In this document: piece after piece, positions 29,551 through 42,052 of the stretch | How positions within the stretch are numbered: position 1 is the stretch's first letter | How the letters are laid out: each line of letters begins with the position of its first letter | From: Eledone cirrhosa | Lineage: Eukaryota | DNA length: 64,000 nt | NCBI GenBank assembly: GCA_964016885.1 | Contig: OZ024754.1 | Span: forward strand, 35,030,001-35,094,000 | Reading direction: 5' to 3' | Program-made: the position numbers and the translations under genes | The notes under the pieces: model-generated | What the model saw: the letters and a program-made list of their open reading frames with translations, nothing else | Database searches by the model: none | Told to the model about the DNA's origin: nothing

Positions 29551-30044
29551 TCAAGACTTGGCACCAAGGGGGAGGGCTGATTTATAATGGACGAACATAA
29601 CTTTTGTTTTATGCCTGCTTTCCATGCTAGCACGGGCTTGACACACGCACACATATTTACAGAGTTAGTGTCAGGAAGGACATCTGGCTGAATAATACTG
29701 CTTAAAAAAATAAGGGAGGTTTGGATACCTAATTCAGGATTCTCTTTGAAACTATGAGAATTGAAGCTTGACACAAGTAGCAACAAACAGGATTATAACA
29801 ACATATGTAATTTATTCCATGAAAACTTCGACATTGTATGCCCTCCACTGTTTCTCTGTGGATCAACAATGTTATATATATATAAAACAAAAATATCTGC
29901 ATGAAAGAACAGAGATGCAAACAATTATGACAGTGGACAAACGCAGCATTATATTGACTCCTCAGCTGTCAAATTGGAACTGGGATTTCAACTGAATTAC
30001 AGATGGTATCAACAGTCGACGTCAGAAGATAGAGGGGGAAAATC

Positions 30045-30318
30045 CTTACATCTGGCAACTGTTGGAGCTCCACTAAAATCTCATTTGGGAACCCGCTCAC
30101 GAATGCCAGATCAACTCGACAAGTGTAACCAACCTCCATATTTCTGCTGCAAATGCGTCCACCTGCTCTCCCGTCCATCTCACTTTGCCTAGCTTGGCGA
30201 AAGCAACATAAGGCCCCTCAGTGAATGCTTTCTTAAGACATTCTATTTTCTCTGTGTTCAGTTAGTCTGACCCATCCATCTCGAGGTATAGTGCTAGCGC
30301 ATTGCCGTCGAGATAGAG
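30045..30318 (-). pseudogene. Ty3/Gypsy-type LTR retrotransposon gag (capsid) fragment
   Basis: Minus-strand translation LYLDGNALALYLEMDGSD*LNTEKIECLKKAFTEGPYVAFAKLGKVRWTGEQVDAFAAEIWRLV, then after a frameshift LAFVSGFPNEILVELQQLPDV. The GExVxxFxxEIxRL pattern resembles the gag major homology region. Possible PBS-like TGGTGCC at 30402-30408 (-). Confidence 0.65.
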
Positions 30319-31586
30319 AGCTGTATTCGATGCTTTTAGGCATGGTTTTTATAAGTGCCTGTCGCCTACCACCTTGAAGGGTGTCCCAGGTGAATTTTCG
30401 TGGCACCAACGCTAGTTAGGTTGCTGGTCCTTGTCCCAACAGATGAACCCTCTCTGCTGTGGTGGAGGTTGTGTGGGAGAGATAGAAGGAAAATAATTAT
30501 GAAGTTATGACAAGTGAGGTGTGATTTGACAGGGTGGTGAGTAACAAAAATCATAAATTTCACCTCTAGCACAATGGATGAAATTGTAAAAAATAACCGA
30601 ATTTTGTTTACATTTGTTTCTTATCGAGTGTTAAACAAATACAGTTATGAAATTTAGATTGAAGATGGGCCTAACTGCAGATACACAACTGAATAACATC
30701 TACATATGGTGCCAGCAAAGTGGTAGCCTTTCACTGCTAAACATAGCAGCTGTATCTCCCTCAAATTACACTCTACTTTATATTGTTAAATACTGACGTC
30801 TTACAAAATATAACTCTAAATATATAATGTCAGAAATACTAAACACGGGATGGTCACGGCTGGAATATATATATGAGCAAAAGGTCTACTTCATTAGTCT
30901 GACATGACAGGCCCGAGAAAAGAATTTCAATGAGAAAAATAATATTACACACGGCACCGCCCAACAAAACACTATAAATAAAGAAAAGATTAAATCAATG
31001 TTATTAAAGACTCTAGACAGATACCACCACACGAATTAACATGTGTATTGAAGAAGTTTGGTAGCTGGAGTAGCTGACAATGAAGCTCTATCGTTGTTGG
31101 TGGTTCGTTTTACTATAAAATATTTATCTTCACCTTATCTCCATTATTACCTGCGACAATGCCATGAAGGTTTTGCTTGCCATTAAAAATATTTAGAAGG
31201 AAACACCAATATTTTCTGTTGTAATGTGTAATGTCTTCATCATTTCAACACGTTGACGTGTATATGTGTATGTATGTGCATATGCATACATTTATATGTA
31301 TGAGTATATAAATATAAATGCGCAAAAAATATATAAACATAAATACAAACATACACTCACACACATTCACACAAAGACACATACATTCACACAAATGCAT
31401 ACACATGCACTCACACAGCTTAGTTTTGTCATCATCCCCTTCCTTCCTTTTACACACATACACATTCATGTGGGCAGCAGATGTAAAGAGAGGAGTAGTA
31501 TGAGGTAGTCAAACTACTCTCTCTTTATGTGTTGTGACAGAATCGCAGAAAATTATATATAGATACTATATATATACTATATATAT

Positions 31587-32930
31587 ATCATCATCATTTT
31601 ATGTCCGCTTTTCCCTGCTTGCAACGGTGGGATGGGTCCTCTTCAGACAGCATCTCTCCATTCGTCCTGGTCCCTTCAGCGATCTGAGATCAGCTCTCAC
31701 CACTTCTGCTCAGGTTTTTCGTTGTCTTCCTCTACTGCATCTTCCTTCCACTGGGATTTCTTGCCACTTCTTCACCCAGCGGTCATCTTCCATGTGCATC
31801 ACATGGCCATACCAAGGCAGTCTTCTCTCCTGCACACTACAGTTTATCTCTCTTATACACAGTTTCACTCTCAACTCATCCATGCTTGGTCGTTCATCCA
31901 CATTGACATTGCACATCCATCGGAGCATACTTGCTTCATTTCTTTCCAGTCTTTGCATATCCTCCGCAGTTGCTAACCATGCAGTATCGCGCATGTCACA
32001 CAGGCATCATACATTGTCAACAGAGGAAGCAGCTCCCTAAACTTCTTCCATCCTGTCCTTATTCTAGATACTATGGCCTTGGAGCAGCCTCCTCCCTTAC
32101 TAATCTGATCACCTAGATATTGGAACTATCAACTACCTCTATAGATCCTACCTGCATTTGAAAAATGTGCCTATCACTGACACTTCTACTATTAATTTTC
32201 CCCGAACATCTACTACATATGAAGTTTGCTCTTCCTGCTAGTTTGCCTGCTATCCCACTACACCTTTTGTGTACTCAAGATCTGCATTGTGTACATTCTA
32301 TAGAGTTTATGCCAACTCCTTTACATATCAAGCATGGCCCTTTCCCTGATGGAATCAGAGTCTTGTCCTCTTTCCTACTTATCAACACTTTAGTCTTTGC
32401 TAGGTTCACTCTCAGTCCCCTTGATTCCAACTGCTGTTTCTACAGATTCTGCTATAAGTACAAGATCATCAGCATAGAGAAGTTCCAATGGGCAGCCAGT
32501 CTTAAACTCCTCTGTTATGGCTTGGAGAACTATAATGAATAAGAGTGGGCTGAGGACCGAACCCTGATGAACTCCTACTTGTATCTGGAATTCCTCATTA
32601 AACTCCATTCCTACTCTCACCTTACTGACAGCTCCTCTGTACATAGCTTGCACTGTCCTCACAAGCCATTCCTCTACACCTAGTTTCCTTAGGGACCACT
32701 AGATGACAGATCGGGGTACTCTATCAAAGGCCCTCTCTAGGTCAACAAAAGCTAAATATAGTGGCTTATTCTTCTCTAAGAACCTCTCTTCTAGTTGTCT
32801 CACTAAGAAGAGGGCATCTGTTGTACTTTTCCCAGGCACAAAACCAAACTGCATCTCATTTTAGCAGCTGAGTATCGGTCTCTACTCCCCCCATTTTTCC
32901 AATCCTTCCATGCTTGTCTTTTGTAAACAC
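31587..32930 (-). mobile_element. Degenerate, internally deleted RTE-clade LINE (RT and C-terminus)
   Basis: YLAFVDLERAFDRVPR; GVHQGSVLSPLLF..LLYADDLVL (ORF 32390-32662); FQYLGD near 32110; C-terminal LRWMCNV..RRLPWYGHVMHM..GRQRKT (ORF 31710-31994); (GAT)n 3' tail near 31587. Confidence 0.92.
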
Positions 32931-33564
32931 CTAAAGATACATGTGTGTGTGTGTGTGTGTGTGTGTTTCTTGAACATGGCAGACCTTGTTGTCTCTTGAG
33001 GTCACTGGTTGTGACTTGGTGATATCTCGTATGAGCACATAGCAAGATAAATGAAATGACAATAATAATAATAATTGTTTCTAATTTTAGGCACAAGGCC
33101 TGCACAATAATAATAACAACAACACAAAATAAACAATTTGAAGTGTATTAGATGTGTAATACATTTTATTTACAGAGCCAGGGCCCTAAACAAAAAAAAC
33201 AACAAAAAACAAAAACCCTAATGAATGAGATGTTATGGGAGAGGAGGAGGGGGTATGTATTGGTGGAAGGGTAGAAGAATGTCACCATTAATGGCAGGTA
33301 GGCCAATTATTGGGGACGTGGGGAGTCGGGGGGGGGGGGGGGGAGATTGAGGGACAGAGTAGACATTATTTCAAAGTTTTCAGACTTTGAAGAAATGAAA
33401 AGATGAAAGAAAAGAGAGAAAGAAGATATATAGGAAAGATATTATATATATATATATATATAGCAAGTTGGTGAGTATTATATGGCACCTGTTTGAGCAT
33501 TATGCTTTTATGTGAATTGGATATTGAGTGTTAAAAGTGTATATTAACACCAACATCGGTTTAT

Positions 33565-33625
<61 letters not shown>

Positions 33626-34029
33626 GGAAAGAGAGAGGGGTGGTATCTACTCATGTAAAAATTGATTCCATGTCAAAGTAGACCCTCGCCCTGTATTTTT
33701 GTGCCCAAACATTTGATTTTCTCAATGTAAAAAGGACAACAGCTCAACATTTGAGAATCAAGGAATCATCTTGAACATAAATGTTACAATGAGGAAATTA
33801 ATTTTACTAAACTATTATGTTCTGATGTATGGAAATAGCAATATTTATAAGACTTATGTAGCCTTGTTTCCGTGTTTTGATGGGTAGAAGCATTGGTATT
33901 ATTACTGACTCATTGTTTTACTTATTGATACAGTCAGTATTTGGGATTGTAGCATGAAATTCAGCCCCTCAAAATATAGTCTAAAAAATTAACTTTTACA
34001 CAAATATATATATATATATATATATAAAC

Positions 34030-34215
34030 GATAATTGTTTCTACTTTAGGCACAAGGCCAGCAACTACCCAGTACATTACTGGTACTTTATTTTATCGAC
34101 CCCGTAAGGATGAAAGGCAAAGTTAACCTCGGCGGGATTTGAACTCAGACCGTAAAGGGACGTAACTATGCTAGAAAGCATGGCGTCCAACCCTCTACCG
34201 ATACTGCCAATTCAC
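34030..34215 (-). mobile_element. tRNA-derived SINE (octopus OK/OR-like)
   Basis: B-box reverse complement GGATTTGAACTCAG, internal TCGACCCCGTAAGGATGAAAGGCAAAG, tail TAGGCACAAGGCC. The same pattern recurs at 37185, 40495 and 40700; the tail alone is at 33073-33103. Confidence 0.75.
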
Positions 34216-34223
34216 CGCCCTGT

Positions 34224-34413
<190 letters not shown>

Positions 34414-34576
34414 TCTTTTACTCCTTTACCTGTTTCAGCCATCCGGCTGAGGCCATGCTGGGGCAGCGCCCTTGTATATATATACATATATATATCATCA
34501 TCATCGTTTAAAGTCCATATATATATATATATATTTGTGTAAAAGTCAATTTAATATATATATATTTATATATATA

Positions 34577-34774
34577 ACAAAGAGGGTGTGGTAAGATACC
34601 AGATGAACCATAACGTACCACAGTACTCAATACTTAGGGTAGTAGAGGGGGTAATAGGAAAAGAATCAGGACCCCGACGGCTGAGCTCTGGCTGTTTCGA
34701 GAGCTAGATCCAAACTGGATCTAGCTGTCGAAATGGTCAAGGCTCAGCCATCGGGGTCTTAATTCTTTTCCTAT
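34577..34774 (-). mobile_element. PLE-type terminus with fold-back inverted repeat (59-bp arms 34654-34712 / 34716-34774) containing the 3' half of a hammerhead
   Basis: Arms are reverse complements around loop AAC. The + arm reads GAA-ATGGT-loop-GCCAT-C (stem III and AUC). Unpaired ~77-nt tail with TTGAGTACT on the minus strand (34622-34630). (TA)n on both sides. Confidence 0.75.
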
Positions 34775-34777
34775 ATA

Positions 34778-35571
34778 TATATAATACAATATGTTGAAAA
34801 GATAAAACACTAGAGAGAGAGATAGTGCGCCATCAATCAAACATTTGGTTCATCAGCGTGAGTAAGGCTATTCATTTCAGACAACTCTAAGATTGATGGC
34901 GCACTATCTATCTCTCTAGTGTGTTATCTTTCCAACATATTGTATTATATAGAGCTCGGGATTCCTTCTCCTTTGAACACATTATTGACAGGGAATAGTG
35001 AGAGCCTATGGCTCCGTTAATTTATCGTGATATTTTGCTCCTTATAACAGTCTTTCCTCTCTCTCTCTGTTTGGTTGAGCACACTTCTCTGAGTGGTTTG
35101 GGTTGCTCTTTCTAGCAGCTCATCCCTCAGAGGCCACTGGTTACTGCCCTAGGCACGCTGTGAATTCTCTCTCCCACGTGTGGCTGGACGGTCGCTTTAG
35201 ATTCTTTTAGAGTTGTCTGAAATGTATGGCCTTACACACGCTGATGAACCATGGGCTAATCATTTCTGTCAACAACTTATTGGCGAAACAGATCTCTTTG
35301 GATTTGTACGTGTGTGTTCGATAGTTATCGAGGTATGTATTTACACTTTAATTTATACTTTTAATTATTGTGTGTCTTCTCTGCCTTCCATGGGCTATAG
35401 ATTACATACACTTGTGGTTTTTCCCTGTTTGACTGATGGCACACTATCTCTCTCTCTAGTGTGTCACCTTTTCAACATATTGAATTATAGAGCTCGGGAT
35501 TCCTTCTCCTTTGAGCACATTACTGACAGGGAATAGCGAGAGTCTATGGCTCCGTTAATTTATTGTGATAT
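34778..35571 (+). mobile_element. PLE pseudo-LTR or retrozyme-like unit: inverted copy plus partial tandem direct repeat (540-bp period)
   Basis: 34891-35033 is repeated directly at 35431-35571. 34778-34838 is the inverse of 34891-34951. 34847-34890 is the inverse of 35207-35250. Tail motif TTGAGCAC at 35511. Confidence 0.8.
35234..35315 (+). ncRNA. Type I hammerhead ribozyme fold
   Basis: Stem I ACACACG/CGTGTGT; core CTGATGA at 35241; stem II CCA/TGG with an A-C closing mismatch; GAAA at 35285; stem III ACAGATC/GATTTGT; predicted cleavage triplet GUA ending at 35308. Confidence 0.8.
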
Positions 35572-36150
35572 ATATCATCATCTCATCATCATCATCATCT
35601 TCGTTTAACGTCCATATTCCATGCTTGCATGGGTTTGGACGGGAGTTTTCCCACTATATATATATTATCAGTACAGATTAAAGTTTAAGCAAAGAATTTC
35701 TGCTTTCACTCAATATATATATATATGTGTGTACATGTATATATGAATAGAAAAGAAGGAAATATTAAGACAATATAATGGAAACAGAGAAATATGTTAT
35801 GATAGAAAGGAATATAGAATTAGTATAGAGATATGAGGTTTGATTCCTCATAGCGGCTGATGGTAACTTCTTGTTTTTCCATCTTTAAGGGTTTTTCCCT
35901 TCTTTTATAAGCTATTTTATAGCACCTCCATGCATGAGTACATCATTTTTTTATAGAATTAGTTGTATTTTAACAAATTAAAATATTTAAAAAAAAAAAA
36001 AAATGCAGACAGAAATAAAATTACAACCAAATAAATAAATAAAATAAATAAAATAAATAAAATAAATAAAGATAATTTTCCCAAGAATATCTAACAAAGA
36101 AAACAAAGAAAAAAACAACAACAAATAACCAAGTAAAAAAAATGATTAAA

Positions 36151-36612
36151 GTAGTAGAAGTAGTTGTAGTAGTAGTGGTGGTAATACTAGTAGTAGTAGT
36201 GGTAGTAGTTGTAATAGTTGTAGTATTAGTGGTAGTAGTAGTAGTAGTAGTAATATTAGTTGTAGTAGTAGTTGTAGTAGTGGTGGTAGTAGTAGTAGTT
36301 GTAGTAGTGGTGGTAGTAGTAGTAGTTATAGTAGTGGAAGTAGTAGTTGTAGTAGTGGTAGTAGTAGCAGTAGCTGTTGTAGTAGTGGTGGTAATACTAG
36401 TAGTAGTAGTGGTAGTAGTTGTAGAAGCGGTTGTTGTAGTATTAGTGGTAGTAGTAGCTTCAGTAGTAGTAGTAGTTATAGTAGTAGCAGTGGTAGTGGA
36501 AGTAGTAGTAGTAGTAGTAGTTATAGTAGTAGCAGTGGTAGTAGTGGTAGTAGCTGTAGCAGTATTAGTGGTAGTAGTAGTAGTTATAATAGTAGCAGTA
36601 GATGTTGTAGTA
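36151..36612. repeat. Degenerate (GTA)n trinucleotide repeat
   Basis: GTA/GTG/GTT/ATA triplets; the source of the poly-Val and poly-Thr ORFs. Confidence 0.9.
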
Positions 36613-37184
36613 TAACACAAAAACCCAACACATAGAAACAAAAGTAAAAATTTCACAAATATAAAATATGAAATACAAATAAAAAAAAAGAAATAAATAA
36701 TAAAAAATATTGAAAATAGCCACAAAAACATCAACAATGGTGATTGGTTTTTATACAGGTATGTTGTAATACCGGAGAAGTTTATTTTTAGAAAGTAGGG
36801 GTGGGTGGGCTGGAATTGTGGCATATGCCTTTCCAAAAGGGCTTCAGCAATGTATATATGAACAATCTAGCTTGGAGGAGATGGGGGCGGGAGGTGGCAA
36901 TTAAAATCAATTTAGCAAGACTCATCACCACTGAGATTAAAAGAAAAAAAAAAAATTAAAATAAATAAAAAGTCAACAAACAAAAACATAAAAAATCCCC
37001 CCTCCACCAAAAAAGCCCAAAACAACAACAACAACAAAAATCAAAATATAAAGAAAAACATGCATGATAACATGGTGGCATTTCATGGTTATCAAAGTTG
37101 TCTTTGGTGTGATTTGAACTCAAAACAAATCATGGCAAAATGGTACAAAATATCTTTTTATTGTCCATTTCTGCTATTTTCTAA

Positions 37185-37345
37185 TGATTTTTAACTTTGG
37201 CACAAGACCACGCATATTTCAAATAGTTGATTGAATTGGGGCCTAATACTTAATTAGTAGTATTTACTTATTATAGACCCACACCTCCACAAAGAATGAA
37301 AGGTTTAAAAGGAAAACTGATGCCAGCAGGACTTGAACTCACAAT
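37185..37345 (-). mobile_element. Diverged tRNA-derived SINE, same family as 34030
   Basis: TTTGGCACAAGACC tail, AAAGAATGAAAGG, GGACTTGAACTCAC. Confidence 0.5.
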
Positions 37346-37542
37346 AAATATAACAACATACACCAAGAAATATCTGTTAGATATTTTTCTTACCCTTTCT
37401 TTCATTTCAAAGTCTATCTTTTGAGAATTAATTTTAAATGAAATACATAGATCTTATATCCTATGGAAAGTATAAAGTAGGACAGAACAGTAACAACGAC
37501 TTATATGAAGGGAATATTTTCAAGTGTGTGTGTGTGTGGAGA

Positions 37543-37874
37543 CAGTAACAACATGGCATCCTTGCTTTCCAAATGGTAATGGTCACTATGACACTCATAA
37601 AGATGGTCGTTGTTGTTAATTATAGATAAACACACATAATAAATAGAATTGATAGGTATGTAGGTGAAGCTATTCTTACTTGGAATTGAAATAGGATAGA
37701 TATTTATTCAGTAACAACATGGCATCCTTGCTTTCCAAATGGTAATGGTCACTATGACACTCATAAAGATGGCCTTTGTTGTTATTTATAGATAAACACA
37801 CATAATAAATAGAATTGATAGGTATGTAGGTGAAGCTATTCTTACTTGGAATTGAAATAGGATAGATATTTATT
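37543..37874. repeat. Near-perfect tandem duplication of 166 bp
   Basis: CAGTAACAACATGGCATCC...GATAGATATTTATT starts at 37543 and again at 37709, with few mismatches. Confidence 0.95.
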
Positions 37875-37914
37875 TTCTGTAAACTTCTAAATAAGTCTAA
37901 AGTCTGTCTCAAGC

Positions 37915-38180
37915 CTTGAGGCTCATCAGGCCAGTGATTATCCTGGTTTCTGTGGCATGAAGCAACTAAAAGTACAAGACTCCCTCCTGGGGAGTATGCC
38001 GGTACAATGCAGGTTTAAACCCACAGCTATTGCTGGTACTTATTTTCAGCTAAGTATACTGGAGCAATGTGAAATGAAGTGATTTGTTCAAGAACACAAC
38101 ACACAACTCAGTCTGGGAATCAAACCCATGAGATTATGATTATAAGCCCAACACCTTTACCATTAGGTCACATACCTCCA
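37915..38180 (-). mobile_element. tRNA-derived SINE with CORE-like segment
   Basis: AAGTGATTTGTTCAAGAACACAAC (CORE-like reverse complement) followed by GGAATCAAACCC (B-box reverse complement). A related copy lies at 40255-40372. Confidence 0.6.
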
Positions 38181-38714
38181 CTTTTGTAAACTTAGCATCT
38201 CATAACCTCTATCATAAGAATGATTCCTAAGAGTCATAGACTGTCAGAATTGAAAGAGAAATAAATATGGGAAATTGATGGCCTTTTATAAGAGAATTAT
38301 TGGGAAATTGTTACAGTCTGAGTTGGGGAATATATTTAATTTATCCATTTATATTTTAGATTGCCTCAGAATAAAAAGCAAACAAGCCCAAATGCAATAA
38401 TCACTGGGTCGTTGCATTCCTGCTGGAGAGGGTGACAAGGGAGTTTCTTGTTGAAGTGTCCATTATTTCCCTCATGTAGATAGGTGGGTAACATCAAACA
38501 TCAAAATATATCTTTGACTTTCTAACATTGGTGCTTGAGCAAGGAAAGTTGTGCTAAAATAGGAAATATGCAAAGATGGAATATTCATGGATTTGTGATT
38601 ATAACAAGTGCATACACACGTGCATGTATACATACACACATACATATATACATACATACACACACATATATACATCATACACACACATATATATATATAT
38701 ATATAAATATATAT

Positions 38715-38748
<34 letters not shown>

Positions 38749-38751
38749 ATA

Positions 38752-38797
<46 letters not shown>

Positions 38798-38886
38798 CAC
38801 ACACATACACACACACATATATATATATATACACACATACACACACACATATACACACACATATACATAAACACACATACATACAA

Positions 38887-38917
<31 letters not shown>

Positions 38918-39022
38918 CACATACATACATACATACACACACACATCTGTTATTTTTCTCTAAAACATTTTTTTCCAATTCCACCCCGCCCGTCCCTTCA
39001 ATCTTTTTAATTTCTCATTCTT

Positions 39023-39058
39023 TCTTCTGATGAAGGACTAGCGTCCGAAACGTTAAGA
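39023..39058 (+). ncRNA. Minimal type I hammerhead of the PLE type
   Basis: TCTT-CTGATGA-A-GGAC(TAGC)GTCC-GAAA-CG-TT-AAGA. 4-bp stem I, 4-bp stem II with an extra A, palindromic AACGTT stem III. Sits in a ~200-bp island between microsatellites. Confidence 0.75.
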
Positions 39059-39284
39059 TACTTTTCTTGCTATTTTAAGCGTTAACCTAATATATTCCTT
39101 CCATATACTATACCGATTGTGTTGTTATTTCTGTTTACCTTTTACATACATATATATATATAAATATATAAAAAAGTTAAGAATAACATGGTTGACAAAA
39201 CAAACAAGTGTATTTAATTATAGTCTTACAATTGTTTCCATGGTAGAATTGAATATATATATATATATAAATATATATTTATTT

Positions 39285-39432
39285 AAATAACAGATTAAAG
39301 TTTAAGCAAAAGAATCGCTGCTTTCACCCTTAACGGGATCTTCTGAAACTAACAAAGTCAATCTGTGAACGCAGAAGTGAATATTATTGAGCCCTCTTTG
39401 GATTTTAGTCTTCAAATTTATTATTATTACTA
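39285..39432 (+). mobile_element. TA-inserted repeat terminus; family also at 35662-35712 and 48627-48917
   Basis: Shared CAGATTAAAGTTTAAGCAAAGAATTTCTGCTTTCAC. Tail TTGAGCCCTCTTTGGATTT...TTATTATTACTATA. Confidence 0.7.
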
Positions 39433-40254
39433 TATATAAATATATATATATATATATATTCACTCACACAAACATTTGGATTAGGAAAGGTTAATTTCTA
39501 TTGCAGATATTGCTACAGTTATTATTACCAAGTGTTGACTGCAAAATAAAAAAGGCATGATTACAGACATAGTGACTATAAGATCAAACCTTTCTCTTAA
39601 AACCATCCATTCAATTATTTTTATATGAGAATTAACTCTGAAATGACTCAATATACCTTTATAAATAGCACTACACTAATCTTTCTTTACACTCAACTAA
39701 TTCTGCTTCTTCAAACATAAAATTACATGCTTTCTTCCATGTCATAATAGACAACTACTCCATCAATCCTTCATTTACATTTATATCCTTTCATATATAT
39801 AACAAAAAAGTCAGAGATAGGTAGTTAATTAGTTCATTGTTTTACAATAATTTCAGAAGGTTGATGGATAATGGACAATGGATATATTGACTAGCATGGT
39901 AGTATATCCTTTCAATAATATTTATATTCTTTCAGCAAATAAATACGAGGTTGCTATACAACTCTGCTGTTGGTTATGAAGGTGAAGGAGGGGCAAATTT
40001 ATTCCATGCTTAAAACTGCACCATACCAATGGTGGTATAGAAGTTTAAATTTTAAATTTAATTTAGCTAAAAGAATTGTAAAATTCATCCCCTTCTTAGC
40101 TATTGTAACTCTTACTGGTAGTCACAGAGCAATGAATAATCTCTCTTGTTCCACTCTCTTGCATTAGTTGACAAGTTCCCAGACCTTCTCAAGTAAGGTG
40201 GAACTCATCAACATGTTTCCATTGCTGACACTGTCTATCAACTCTTGGCAGAAA

Positions 40255-40372
40255 GAGAAATATGAAATAAAGTGTCTTCATCAAAGACATAACACATCTG
40301 CCGGTCCAGGAATCAAACTCACAACCTTACAATTGTGAATCCAATTCTCTAATGACTAAGCCACATGACTTC
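40255..40372 (-). mobile_element. tRNA-derived CORE-like SINE fragment
   Basis: AAGTGTCTTCATCAAAGACATAAC...GGAATCAAACTCAC. Confidence 0.55.
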
Positions 40373-40494
40373 ACTCTTCTGTGAGCTGGAATAAATATAC
40401 ATTTATTTTTCTCTATACATCCATAATCCACATTAAACTTTAAGAATGATCATCAAGTGGTGAAACAACGAAACAACAACCACTTCTCCCAACA

Positions 40495-40870
40495 ATAATG
40501 GTTTTTGATTTTGGCACAAGGCCAACGATTTTGAGGGAGAGGAAAGTCGATTAAATCGTGTTACTGATACTTGACCCCATAAGGATGAAAAGCAAAGCTA
40601 ACCTCAGCGAGATTTGAACTCAGAATAAAAATGGCCATAACTCTATGCCACAAAGTCTGTTGTCCAACACTCTACCAATACTAACAATGCCTTCACTCTT
40701 AATGGTTTCTAATTTAGGCACAAGGCCAATAATTTTGGAGGAGGGGAAAGTCGATTAAATCCACCCAATGCATTACCAGTAGTTTATCTTTTCAACACCA
40801 TAAAGATTAAAAGCAAATCTAACCTTGACAGAATTTGAACTCAGAACATAAATTGCCATAACTCTACTAA
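40495..40870 (-). mobile_element. Two head-to-tail copies of the OK/OR-like SINE
   Basis: GGCACAAGGCCAA...AAAGTCGATTAAATC...AAAAGCAAA...ATTTGAACTCAGAA...GCCATAACTCTA occurs twice (starts near 40495 and 40700). Confidence 0.75.
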
Positions 40871-41777
40871 TACTGCCTATCCCTTCAGCAATATATAACA
40901 AATAGCTAAATATTAACACAGCTCCATTCAACCCAAAGTGATATTTAAAAAAAAAAAATCCATTAATAAAATATTCAAAACATAGTAGATAAACATAAAT
41001 ACATACGGACATTTCATTTGCAAAATCCTCAGGGTGAAAGGTCTAGTGCTGCCATTGGTTCCTGTGCAAATGGTATAAGTGGTAGGCATGGTATGGTATG
41101 GTGAAGTGAGAACAATCAAGGAAAAAGAATAAGAAGCAAGTGCAATAAGAGAATTTCAAGGGAACACATTAAGAGCTGGGAAAACAAGTTTATTCATTTC
41201 GTTACATGGATAGTGTAAAGAGAATGTAGAATGTTTGGTAGAGCAGACTGAAAATTAATTCACTTTTTTTTTGCATTTGAATTTTTCTTTTTTTTTCCTT
41301 TTTTTTTGTTTATTTTTGCATTTTGTTGTTTTAGCTTTTGTATTTTTTTAAATTTTTCTTTAGATTTTATTTTTTTGACACTATTCTTCTTCAATAGAGA
41401 TTTATTTTGTGTGTCCCATCTTTTCATTTTTTTTCTCTTCCCAAGAACTACAAATTTTTTTCAGATCTCCAGATACCCTTTTTTTTTTTTTAATTTCTAG
41501 AAAAATCTTAAACGCATGTGTTTAAGAGAATGAATGTGAAGGTGTGGTGCATGTGTAAGGATGGTTGGTGGTGGGGACAGATTTTGTTTGTTTTGATTTC
41601 TTTTCTTTTTCTATGTTGTTATGCATTCTTGTATGTTTGTTTGGCAGAGAAGAGAGTTAATATAATAAATAACTTAACTGTATCTTGAGAAAGAGGTTGT
41701 TGACACTCATTACAAGAACAAATCAAGTTTTTTTTTATTAGTAAAAGAATACAGAGTAAATAAAAGATGTGTGTGTG

Positions 41778-41812
<35 letters not shown>

Positions 41813-41978
41813 GTGTATATATATATATGTGTATGTATATATATATATATATATGTATACATATATATATATATGTATACATATACACACATATACATAT
41901 GTGCATGTGTGTATATATAAATATATATATATACATATCCATACACACATATATATGCACATATACATACACACACTC

Positions 41979-42052
<74 letters not shown>

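Noticed and set aside
36021-36836. 271-aa Thr-rich mucin-like ORF and the opposite poly-Val ORF
   Set aside because: Produced by a (GTA)n repeat. The hydrophobic flanks come from A-rich low-complexity DNA. No evidence of gene structure.
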